Assembly: GCA_028280455.1 (NCBI GenBank)
Contig: JANQLT010000035.1
Coordinates: 1-35,856, forward strand
From: Kiloniellales bacterium
Lineage (GTDB): Bacteria; Pseudomonadota; Alphaproteobacteria; Kiloniellales; JAKSDN01
Reading direction: 5' to 3'
Length of the DNA: 35,856 bases
Shown here piece by piece: positions 18,705 through 28,123 of this stretch. Position numbers and translations under genes: made by a program. The notes beneath the pieces are model-generated. The model was not told the origin of the DNA. It ran no database searches and worked only from the letters and a program-made list of their open reading frames with translations. The first letter of the stretch is position 1, and each line of letters begins with the position of its first letter.

Positions 18705-19040
18705 ATGATTCGCGCCATGGAGGATACCACCGAAGCCCAGGCGCCCCGGGACACGGCGCTCGACCCCCTGGCCGAGACCATCCTGGCGCTGCTGGCCGAG
18801 AGCAACGGCAAGTCGATCGACCCGATCGCGGCGGCCCGGGCCTATGCCGCGGGCCGCGCCAAGCCCGGCGACTCGCCGGAGCTCTGGCGCCGCTACCTGC
18901 CGGCGGCGCGGCAGCAGGCCCTGCACCTCGCGCGTGCAGGCCGCATTTTGATCCTACGCAAAGGCAAGCCGGTCGACCCGCACAAGCCGGTCAAGGGGGT
19001 GATCCGCCTGGCCCTGCCGCCGGCGCCGGAAGGTGTCTAG
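18705..19040 (+). CDS. DUF3253 domain protein
   Basis: LDPLAETILALLAESNGKSIDPIAAARAYA ... WRRYLPAARQQALHLARAGRILILRKGKPVDP matches the conserved DUF3253 pattern. The start may be at 18705 or 18717. Confidence 0.6.
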   Translation: MIRAMEDTTEAQAPRDTALDPLAETILALLAESNGKSIDPIAAARAYAAGRAKPGDSPELWRRYLPAARQQALHLARAGRILILRKGKPVDPHKPVKGVIRLALPPAPEGV

Positions 19041-19090
19041 ATCACCTCACGATCGGCCAGCGAAGCGCAGCCACGCTGCTCTTCTCCATT

Positions 19091-19133
19091 GTCATCCTCG
19101 GGCGGAGCGAAGCGGAGACCCGGGGATCCATCT
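19091..19133 (+). repeat. short hairpin repeat, copy A (GTCATCCTCGGG-loop-CCCGGGGATCCAT)
   Basis: The stem ATCCTCGGG / CCCGGGGAT has one mismatch around the loop cggagcgaagcggaga. It belongs to the GTCATYCYCGGG...GCGAAGCG...CCCGGRRATC type of dispersed hairpin often seen in alphaproteobacterial intergenic DNA. Confidence 0.55.
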
Positions 19134-19152
19134 CTGGGCCTGGCGCCAAGCT

Positions 19153-19210
19153 GATCCATGGATTCTCGGGTCGGCGTGCCGCTGCGCGGCACTTGCCCGA
19201 GAATGACAAG
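19153..19210 (-). repeat. short hairpin repeat, copy B, opposite orientation
   Basis: On the minus strand it reads GTCATTCTCGGG-caagtgccgcgcagcggcacgccga-CCCGAGAATCCATGGATC, with a perfect 9-bp stem ATTCTCGGG/CCCGAGAAT. It is tail-to-tail with copy A in the convergent intergenic gap. Confidence 0.55.
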
Positions 19211-19292
19211 CAATGTGGGCTGAGAGTCGCAGCACGTCTGACATTCGGCACAGTGTGCAGTCCGTGGCCGGAGAGCAGCAGAAACCGAGCGT

Positions 19293-20219
19293 TCAGTAGC
19301 CGCGCGACCAGTCGATCAGGTTCTCCAGGGGCTGACCGGCCTCGTAGCGCCGGATCGACTCGACGACCGCGACGCAGGCGGTCTCCGGCATGGTCATGGC
19401 GGCGGCGTGCGGCGTCAGCACGATCCGCGGGTGCGCCCAGAGCGGAGACTCGGCCGGCAGCGGCTCCCGGTTGAAGACGTCGAGCGTCGCGCCGGAGAGC
19501 TGGCCGCTGTCGAGCGCGGCCAGGATGTCGTCTTCGACCTGATGGCCGCCGCGCGCCGCGTTGATCAGCGCGGCGCCCGGCGGCAGCCGGCCGAAGGTCT
19601 CGGCGTTGAGGATGCCGCGGGTCTCGTCGGTCAGGGGCAGCAGGCAGACCAGGATGTCGCAGCCGGCGAGGAAGTCCCGCAGCCCCTCGTCGCCGTGGAA
19701 GCAGTCGACGCCCCCGATCCGCTTCGGCGAGCGGCTCCAGCCGCGCAGCGCGAAGCCGAAGGGCCGCAGCTTCTCGAGCGCGTCGCGCCCGAGCACGCCG
19801 AGCCCCATCATGCCGACGCGGCGCCGGCCGGCGGCGATCTGCTGGATGACGTGCCACTGCCGCTCCTTCTGCTGCAGCGCGTAGTCGATCATGAAGCGGT
19901 GGTGCTGCAGCACCGACATGACGACGAACTCGGTCATGCCCTCGGTCAGCCCCGTCTCGACCATGCGCACGACCGGCAGGTCGGGCAGCTCCGGGTCCGA
20001 GGCGAAGTGGTCGACCCCGGCGCCGACCGAGAAGACCACCTTGAGGTTCGGCAGGCTCGCCAGGAGGCCGCGCGGCGGCGCCCAGACCAGCGCGTAGTCG
20101 ATCTCCTCGGCCGCGCCCAGCTCGGGCCAGACCCGGAGATCGAGGCTCGGGTCGACGGCCGCCAGGGCGTCCTGCCAGGCGGTGCCGCGCTCGATGTCGG
20201 ACTTCAGCAGCAGCGCCAT
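19293..20219 (-). CDS. D-2-hydroxyacid dehydrogenase family (glyoxylate/hydroxypyruvate reductase A-like)
   Basis: MALLLKSDIERGTAWQDALAAVDP ... GMMGLGVLGRDALEKL (Rossmann fold) ... NAARGGHQVEDDILAALDSGQL ... TPHAAAMT. Confidence 0.8.
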   Translation of the reverse strand: MALLLKSDIERGTAWQDALAAVDPSLDLRVWPELGAAEEIDYALVWAPPRGLLASLPNLKVVFSVGAGVDHFASDPELPDLPVVRMVETGLTEGMTEFVVMSVLQHHRFMIDYALQQKERQWHVIQQIAAGRRRVGMMGLGVLGRDALEKLRPFGFALRGWSRSPKRIGGVDCFHGDEGLRDFLAGCDILVCLLPLTDETRGILNAETFGRLPPGAALINAARGGHQVEDDILAALDSGQLSGATLDVFNREPLPAESPLWAHPRIVLTPHAAAMTMPETACVAVVESIRRYEAGQPLENLIDWSRGY

Positions 20220-20227
20220 GGCGGCCC

Positions 20228-20956
20228 TCACCCGGCGGCCAGCGCGGCGCGATGGGCCTCGACCAGCTCGGCCATGGAGCCGAAGTGGAAGTCGACGCTC
20301 GGCCGCTCGCCGGGCGGCATGGTGGCGCCCCAGCCCTCGTCGTCGCGGCGCCGGTCGATCCAGGCCCGGACCAGGCCGGCGCGCTGTGCCGGCTCGTGGT
20401 CGTGGAACAGGCTCTGGGCGGTGTGCAGCACGTCGCCCGGCGCCAGGCCGAGGTCGTCGCGCAGGTGCTCGATCAGGTAGTCGAAGTTGCGCGGGTCGGG
20501 CTTGTAGCTGCCGATGTCCTGGGCCGTGTAGACCGCGTCGAACGCGACCTCCAGGCGCCGGTTGCTGGCGGCGAAGCTCAGGTTGTCGACGTTCGAGAGA
20601 ATGACCAGCTTGAAGTGCCGCTTCAGGGCCTTGAGCGACTCGGCCGAGTCCGGGAAGGCCGGCCAGTCGGGTACCGAGGTGCCGAAGCGCCGGTGCAGCC
20701 CGGCCTCGGCCTCGATGCCCCAGTCCTTGGCGAGCTGGGCGTGGACCAGCGCGAGCAGGGCCGGGTAGGGCAGGTCCGGCGTCGCCGCCTGCTGCGCCGA
20801 CTCGCGCTCGGCGAAGGCGACCAGCGCTTCCTCACGCGACGGCGGCGCCGGGTGCAATTCCAGCAGCGGCCCCAGCGCCTGATAGATGCCGCTCTCCCAA
20901 TCGATCAGCGTGCCGTAGCAATCGAAGGTCAGCACCTTGAAATCCGTCAGCTTCAT
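20228..20956 (-). CDS. haloacid dehalogenase type II (HAD superfamily)
   Basis: From the ATG at 20956: MKLTDFKVLTFDCYGTLIDWE (HAD motif I) ... ILSNVDNLSF ... SYKPDPRNFDYL. Confidence 0.8.
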   Translation of the reverse strand: MKLTDFKVLTFDCYGTLIDWESGIYQALGPLLELHPAPPSREEALVAFAERESAQQAATPDLPYPALLALVHAQLAKDWGIEAEAGLHRRFGTSVPDWPAFPDSAESLKALKRHFKLVILSNVDNLSFAASNRRLEVAFDAVYTAQDIGSYKPDPRNFDYLIEHLRDDLGLAPGDVLHTAQSLFHDHEPAQRAGLVRAWIDRRRDDEGWGATMPPGERPSVDFHFGSMAELVEAHRAALAAG

Positions 20957-21022
20957 GGAGAGCAGTTCCTGGTTGGGGAGCGAGCGGTCGGGCAGCGACA
21001 AGCTAACAAGACAAACCAAGGC

Positions 21023-21127
21023 TTACACGGATGAACACGGATCACACACGGATGGACACGGATAACCAATGAACCGTTCTTTTTGTTATCCGTGTGAATC
21101 CGTGGGTATCCGTGTTCATCCGTGTAG
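21023..21127. repeat. helically phased octamer array: 4 direct ACACGGAT repeats, a 17-nt spacer, then 4 inverted copies (ATCCGTGT)
   Basis: The + strand copies start at 21025, 21035, 21046 and 21056 (spacing 10/11/10). The reverse-complement copies start at 21088, 21098 (variant ATCCGTGG), 21108 and 21118 (spacing 10). Each arm is ~45 bp and the whole forms a long imperfect palindrome. It is locally low in GC. Confidence 0.8.
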
Positions 21128-21149
21128 AATTCTGTTTTCCAGCCAACCC

Positions 21150-22804
<1,655 letters not shown>

Positions 22805-22808
<4 letters not shown>

Positions 22809-23956
22809 GATCCGGCACCCCCGGCCGGCGCCGGCGCGGCCTTGCGGGACTCGCTCTCGTCCATGCCCGGCTCCGGCGGCGGCGCCTGGCCGGCGAAGAG
22901 GTTGCGCGGGTCGAGCGACTCGCGCACGGCCTCGCCGATGAAGACCAGCAGGCTCAGCATGACGGCGATGACGAAGAAGCCGGTCAGGCCGAGCCAGGGC
23001 GCCTGCAGGTTGGCCTTGCCTTGGGCCAGCAGCTCGCCGAGCGAAGCCGAGCCGGGCGGCAGGCCGATGCCGAGGAAGTCGAGGCCGGTCAGGGTCGTCA
23101 CCGAGCCGGACAGCACGAAGGGCATGAAGGTCATGGTCGCGACCAGGGCGTTGGGCAGGACGTGGCGGTACATGATCAGCCAATCGGAGACGCCGAGCGC
23201 GCGGGCGGCGCGGACGTAGTCGTAGTTGCGCACCTTGAGGAACTCCGCGCGCACCACGCCGACGAAGCCCATCCAGGAGAACAGCAGCAGGATGCCGAGC
23301 AGCCACCAGAAGTTCGGCTCGACGATGCTGGCCAGGATGATCAGCAGGTAGAGGATCGGCAGGCCCGACCAGATCTCCATGAAGCGCTGGAACAGCAGGT
23401 CGAACCAGCCGCCGAAATAGCCCTGGGTGGCGCCGGCGGCGACGCCGATCACCGCGCTGATGACGGTCAGGGTGAAGCCGAACAGCACCGAGATGCGGAA
23501 GCCGTAGATCAGCCGGGCGACCACGTCGCGCGCCTGGTCGTCGGTGCCCAGCCAGTGCTGGTCGTCGGGCGGCGAGGGCGCCGGCTCCGGCAGGTCCCAG
23601 GCGACCGTGCGGTGGTTGTAGGGGATCGGCGGCCAGATCATCCAGCCGCGTTCCTCGATCAGGCCGCGCACGAAGGGGTCGCGGTAGTCGGTCTCTGTGG
23701 GCAGCGCGCCGCCGAAGGTGGTCTCCGGATAGGCCTTGAAGATCGGCATGTAGAGGCCGCCGTCGTAGGAGACGAGGAACGGCCGGTCGTTGGCGACGAA
23801 CTCGGCGAAGAGGCTGATGCCGAACAGCAGCAGGAAGATCCAGAGCGACCAGAAGCCCCGCTTGTTGGCCTTGAAGATCTCGATCCGGCGCCGGCCGATC
23901 GGCGTGATCTTCATGCCGAGGAAGCGGTCCTCCCGCGATGCCCGGGCGTCGGCCAT
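22805..23956 (-). CDS. yejE: ABC transporter permease (YejE-like)
   Basis: GFWSLWIFLLLFG ... EPNFWWLLGILLLFSWMGFVGVVRAEFL ... LDFLGIGLPPGSASLGELL. An alternative start at 23914 (MKITPIG...) aligns better with the E. coli YejE N-terminus. Confidence 0.85.
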
Positions 23957-23957
23957 C

Positions 23958-25076
23958 TCAGACCTCCCGGCTTTCGAAGTCGATGCGCGGATCAATGACC
24001 GTGTACATCAGGTCGCCGACCAGGTTCATCAGCAGGCCGAGGAGCGAGAAGAAGAACAGGGTGCCGAAGATCAGCGGGTAGTCGCGCGCGAAGGCGGCCT
24101 CGAAGCCGAGCAGGCCCAGGCCGTCCAGCGAGAAGATGATCTCGATGAAGACCGAGCCGGTGAAGAGGATGCTGACGAAGGCGCCGGGGAAGCCGGCGAT
24201 GACGATCAGCATGGCGTTGCGGAAGACGTGGCCGTAGAGCACGCGGTTCTCGCCCAGGCCCTTGGCGCGCGCGGTCGTGACGTACTGCTGGCGGATCTGG
24301 TCGAGGAAGGAGTTCTTGGTCAGCATGGTCAAGGTGGCGAAGCCGCCGATGACCATCGCCGTGATCGGCAGGGTCAGGTGCCAGAAGTAGTCGACGATCC
24401 TGTCCGGCCAGGAGAGGCTGTCCCAGTTCTCCGAGACCAGGCCGCGCAAGGGGAACCAGTCGAGGTAGCTGCCGCCGGCAAAGACGATGAGCAGCAGCAC
24501 GGCGAAGAGGAAGTTCGGGATCGCGTAGCCGACGATCACCACCGCGCTGGTCCAGATATCGAAGCGCGAGCCGTCGCGCACCGCCTTGGCGACGCCCAGG
24601 GGTATCGAGATCAGGTAGACCAGCAGGGTCGTCCAGAGGCCGAGGGAGATCGAGACCGGCATCTTGTCGATCACCAGGTCGACGACCTTCTCGTCGCGGA
24701 AGAAGGACTCGCCGAAGTCGAAGGTGATGTAGCTGCCCATCATGAGCAGGAAGCGCTCGTGCATCGGCTTGTCGAAGCCGAACTGCTTCTCGATCTCAGC
24801 GATGAACTCGGGATCCAGGCCCTGGGCGCCGCGATAGGTTCTCGAGCCGCCGACCTCCTGCTGCGACGCGGCGCCGGCTTGCTGCTCGCCGCTCGCCAGG
24901 TCGCCGCCGTCCTGGGCCACCCGCTCCGTGATGTCCGACAGCTCGCCAGTGATCTGGCCGATGAGCTGCTCCACCGGGCCGCCGGGCGCCGATTGGACGA
25001 TGACGAAGTTGATGATCATGATGCCGAGAAGGGTCGGCACGATCAGCAGCAGGCGTCTGACGATGTAGGCCAGCAT
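23958..25076 (-). CDS. yejB: ABC transporter permease (YejB-like)
   Basis: [37 protein letters not shown] ... [22 protein letters not shown] ... IDPRIDFE aligns closely with YejB. Confidence 0.9.
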   Translation of the reverse strand: MLAYIVRRLLLIVPTLLGIMIINFVIVQSAPGGPVEQLIGQITGELSDITERVAQDGGDLASGEQQAGAASQQEVGGSRTYRGAQGLDPEFIAEIEKQFGFDKPMHERFLLMMGSYITFDFGESFFRDEKVVDLVIDKMPVSISLGLWTTLLVYLISIPLGVAKAVRDGSRFDIWTSAVVIVGYAIPNFLFAVLLLIVFAGGSYLDWFPLRGLVSENWDSLSWPDRIVDYFWHLTLPITAMVIGGFATLTMLTKNSFLDQIRQQYVTTARAKGLGENRVLYGHVFRNAMLIVIAGFPGAFVSILFTGSVFIEIIFSLDGLGLLGFEAAFARDYPLIFGTLFFFSLLGLLMNLVGDLMYTVIDPRIDFESREV

Positions 25077-25082
25077 CGCGCG

Positions 25083-27083
25083 TCAGCTCGCGGGTCTTTG
25101 CAGGGCGCGGCGGAACACGAAATAGCCGAGCAGCAGCAGCAGGGCGACGCCGGCGAGCTGCATCAGGCTGCCGCCGCCCGTGCCGCGCTCCGCGGTCTCC
25201 GGCGCCTCGCGCGTCTCGCGCCACTCGGCCAGCGCCCGCTCCTTGCCCGGATCGATCCACCAGTAGCTCGGGCTCGGGCCGTAAAGCGGCACGATGTCCG
25301 GCTTGCCGAACTTGCGCCAGTAGAGCAGCCGCGTAGTGGGCGAGACGAGATTGGGCACGACGTAGTGACCCCAGAGCAGCACCCGGTCCAGCGCCCGGGT
25401 GCGGGCGATCAGGGATTCCCGGTCGGGGGCCGCGATCACGGCCTGGATCAGCGCGTCGACCACCGGGTCCTTGATGCCGGCCACGTTGCGCGAGCCGGGC
25501 TGATCGGCCGATTCCGATCCCCAGTAGGCGAGCTGCTCGTTGCCCGGCGAGAGCGACTGGGCCGGCCCGGAGATCAGCATGTCGAAGTCGAAGGCCCGCA
25601 AGCGGTTGATGTACTGCGAGGTGTCGACCAGGCGAAGCTGCATGTCGATGCCCATCTTGGCCAGGTTGCGCTGGTAGGGCAGCAGGACGCGCTGCAGGGA
25701 GGCCTGCCGGATCAGGAACTCGAAGACGAAGGGCCGGCCGGTCTCGCGGTTGACCAGCTTGAGATCGCGCACCTCCCAGCCGGCTTCCTCGAGCAGGGCA
25801 AGGCCCGCCAGCAGGTTTTCCCGCGGCCAGCCGGTGCCGTCGGTGACCGGCGGATGATAGGGCTCGGTGAAGACTTCCGGCGGCAAGCGATCGCGATAGG
25901 GCTCCAGCGCCTCCAGCTCGAGCCCTTCAGGCACGCCGCGCGAGGCCAGCTCGGTCGGCGCGAAGAAGCTGGTGCCCTGGATGTAGGAGTCGAAATAGAT
26001 GTTCCGGTTCGACCATTGGAAATCGAAGGCATAGGCCATGGCTTCGCGCACCCGCCGGTCGTCGAAGGGTGGCCGCCGGGTGTTCATGAAGAAGGACTGC
26101 ATGTGCCCCCGGCTCTCGTCGAGGAACTCCTCCCTCAGCAGCCAGCCCTCCTGCGTGGCGCGGACGTCGTAGGCGAGCTTCCACTCCTTGGCCGAGTGCT
26201 CCGAGAAGAAGTCGATCTGTCCGGCCTTCAGCGCCTGCCGGATCACGGTGACGTCGCGGAAATAGTCGTAGCGAATGCGACCGAAGTTGCTGGTGCCGCG
26301 TCGGACGGGAACATCCTTGCCCCAATAGTCCTCGACGCGCTCGACGACGACGAAGCGTCCCGGCTCGAAGTCGGCGATCTTGTAGGGCCCGCTGCCGAGC
26401 GGCGGCTCGAGCGTCGTGCTCTCGAAGTCGCGGTCCTGCCAATAGTGCTTGGGCAGGATCGGCATCTGCCCGACGATCAGCGGCAGCTCGCGGTTCTCGC
26501 CGTCCTCGAAGGTGAACTTGACGCGCCGCTCGTCGAGCGCCTCCACCGCGGTGACGGCGGAATAGTAGAAGCGGAACAGCGGCTGGCCCTTGGTCGTCAG
26601 GATCTCGAAGGAGAAGATCACGTCTTCGGGCGTGATCGGCTGGCCGTCGTGCCAGCGGGCCTCGGGCCGCAGGGTGAAGGTCACCCAGGAACGGTCTTCC
26701 GGCCACTCGACGCTCTCGCAGAGCAGGCAATACTCGGTGAAGGGCTCGTCGTCGCTTTTCATCAGCAGGGTCTCCGTCGAGGAGCCTGCCCCCGGCGTGC
26801 CCTTGGCGATGTAGGGATGGAAGCTGTCGAAGGTGCCGAGCCGTCCCAGGCGCATGGTGCCGCCCTTGGGCGCGTCGGGATTGACGTACTCGAAGTGCGT
26901 GAAGTCGGGCCCGTACTTCGGCTTGCCGTGCATGGCGATGGCGTGGCCCTTGTTGGTCGGCGGCGCCAAGCTCCGCTGCTCGACCTCGACCACCGGCACG
27001 GCGGGCATCTGCTGCGCCTGCGCCGCCGCGGCGGGCAGGATCAGAAGCGCAAGGAGAGCGACAAACCGAAACGACGTGGTCAT
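25083..27083 (-). CDS. yejA: ABC transporter substrate-binding protein (YejA-like, family-5 SBP) with C-terminal hydrophobic tail
   Basis: From the ATG at 27083: signal peptide MTTSFRFVALLALLILPAAAAQAQQ, then the YejA-type body. The last ~50 aa contain a hydrophobic helix LMQLAGVALLLLLGYFVF followed by RRALQRPAS. Confidence 0.85.
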   Translation of the reverse strand: MTTSFRFVALLALLILPAAAAQAQQMPAVPVVEVEQRSLAPPTNKGHAIAMHGKPKYGPDFTHFEYVNPDAPKGGTMRLGRLGTFDSFHPYIAKGTPGAGSSTETLLMKSDDEPFTEYCLLCESVEWPEDRSWVTFTLRPEARWHDGQPITPEDVIFSFEILTTKGQPLFRFYYSAVTAVEALDERRVKFTFEDGENRELPLIVGQMPILPKHYWQDRDFESTTLEPPLGSGPYKIADFEPGRFVVVERVEDYWGKDVPVRRGTSNFGRIRYDYFRDVTVIRQALKAGQIDFFSEHSAKEWKLAYDVRATQEGWLLREEFLDESRGHMQSFFMNTRRPPFDDRRVREAMAYAFDFQWSNRNIYFDSYIQGTSFFAPTELASRGVPEGLELEALEPYRDRLPPEVFTEPYHPPVTDGTGWPRENLLAGLALLEEAGWEVRDLKLVNRETGRPFVFEFLIRQASLQRVLLPYQRNLAKMGIDMQLRLVDTSQYINRLRAFDFDMLISGPAQSLSPGNEQLAYWGSESADQPGSRNVAGIKDPVVDALIQAVIAAPDRESLIARTRALDRVLLWGHYVVPNLVSPTTRLLYWRKFGKPDIVPLYGPSPSYWWIDPGKERALAEWRETREAPETAERGTGGGSLMQLAGVALLLLLGYFVFRRALQRPAS

Positions 27084-27263
27084 GGCCTGGCGCAAGCTAT
27101 AGCACAGTCGCCCGCGTCGCCGAGCCCCGCTAAAGCGGCCGTGAAGTGCCTTTGGCCACAGCCCGTCCGTCTCACGCCCGCTCCGAATAGCCATTCAAGA
27201 TCAAAAGCTTAGACTCCCGTCATCGGCGCCGCGCCTGATCCTCTGCGGAGGGCTCAGGGAGAT

Positions 27264-28058
27264 TCAAGCGCCCGCCAGGCAGGCCAGGGCCGCGGCATGC
27301 AGCGCCGGGTCGCCGGCGGCGATGGTCCGGCCGTCGGACTCCAGGCCGAGCGGCCGGCCCTGCCAGTCGGTCATGACGCCGCCGGCGCCTTCGACGACCG
27401 CGACCTGCGCCAGATAGTCGTAGGGATCCATGTTGGCCTCGACCACAAGATCGAGAAGGCCTTCCGCCAGCAAGCCGTAACTGTAGCAGTCGCCGCCGTA
27501 GAGCGGCAGCTTGACCGATCGGCGCAGGCGCTCGAAGGCGGCCGCGTCCTCGCCGTCGAACATGTGCGGCGAGGAGGCGCTGAGGGAGGCGCCGTCGAGC
27601 GCGCCGCGGGCCTGCGTCGAGACTTCCTCGTCGCCCGCCGCGCTGCGCCGGATGCTGGGCCGGCCGCGCGCGCCGATCCAGCGCTCCTCGAGGGCCGGCA
27701 TCTCGATCACGCCGAGCAGGGGCACGCCGTCCTGCAGCAAGGCGATCAGGGTCCCGAAGGTGGGAAAGCCGGTGATGAAACGCTTGGTGCCGTCGATCGG
27801 ATCGAGCACCCAGACGAACTCGGCGTCCGGCCGGTCGCGGCCGTACTCCTCGCCGACCACCCCGTGCGCCGGCATCTCGGCGGCGATCAGGCGCCGCATC
27901 GCCGCCTCGGAGGCGCGGTCTATCGCCGTCACCGGGCTGGTGTCGGCCTTGTCTTCGACCTCGTGGCGCTTGCGGTAGTGCGGCCGAACCTCGGCCCGGG
28001 CGGCATCGGCCAGACGGTCGGCCAGGGCGACGAAGGCCTCGGGACAGGCGTCGGTCAT
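27264..28058 (-). CDS. inositol monophosphatase family protein (possibly histidinol-phosphatase HisN)
   Basis: From the ATG at 28058: MTDACPEAFVALADRLADAARAEV ... WVLDPIDGTKRFITGFP (IMPase metal-binding motif) ... YGGDCYSY. Confidence 0.75.
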   Translation of the reverse strand: MTDACPEAFVALADRLADAARAEVRPHYRKRHEVEDKADTSPVTAIDRASEAAMRRLIAAEMPAHGVVGEEYGRDRPDAEFVWVLDPIDGTKRFITGFPTFGTLIALLQDGVPLLGVIEMPALEERWIGARGRPSIRRSAAGDEEVSTQARGALDGASLSASSPHMFDGEDAAAFERLRRSVKLPLYGGDCYSYGLLAEGLLDLVVEANMDPYDYLAQVAVVEGAGGVMTDWQGRPLGLESDGRTIAAGDPALHAAALACLAGA

Positions 28059-28123
28059 CGGAGACCGGGGGGACCGGGGGGGGACCGGAGGACCGGGCCG
28101 AACGGCGCCAGCGCCGGGGCGCC
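28059..28123. repeat. G-tract simple repeat (ACC-Gn units) including G6 and G8 homopolymers
   Basis: ggagACCGGGGGGACCGGGGGGGGACCGGAGGACCGGGcc lies between the cytochrome c stop and the IMPase start. On the minus-strand mRNA it gives C6 and C8 tracts just 5' of the IMPase ATG. Confidence 0.6.

Noticed and set aside
19042-19857. 271-aa minus-strand ORF spanning the hairpin repeats and running antisense into the hydroxyacid dehydrogenase gene
   Set aside because: Its N-terminal part is the well-known artefactual translation of the hairpin repeat (…MDPRVSASLRPRMT…). The rest overlaps a confidently assigned gene on the other strand.
21085-21127. Resemblance of the GTTATCCGTGT units to DnaA boxes (TTATCCACA), which would imply a replication origin or DnaA-titration site
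   Set aside because: Every copy differs from the DnaA box at two adjacent core positions (GT instead of AC). No dnaA, dnaN or other origin-proximal genes are in the window. The yej operon context does not suggest an origin.
21023-21127. CRISPR-like interpretation of the phased repeats
   Set aside because: Units are 8 bp with a 10-11 bp period (spacers of 2-3 nt), far too short for CRISPR repeats/spacers. The array is palindromic and no cas genes are present.
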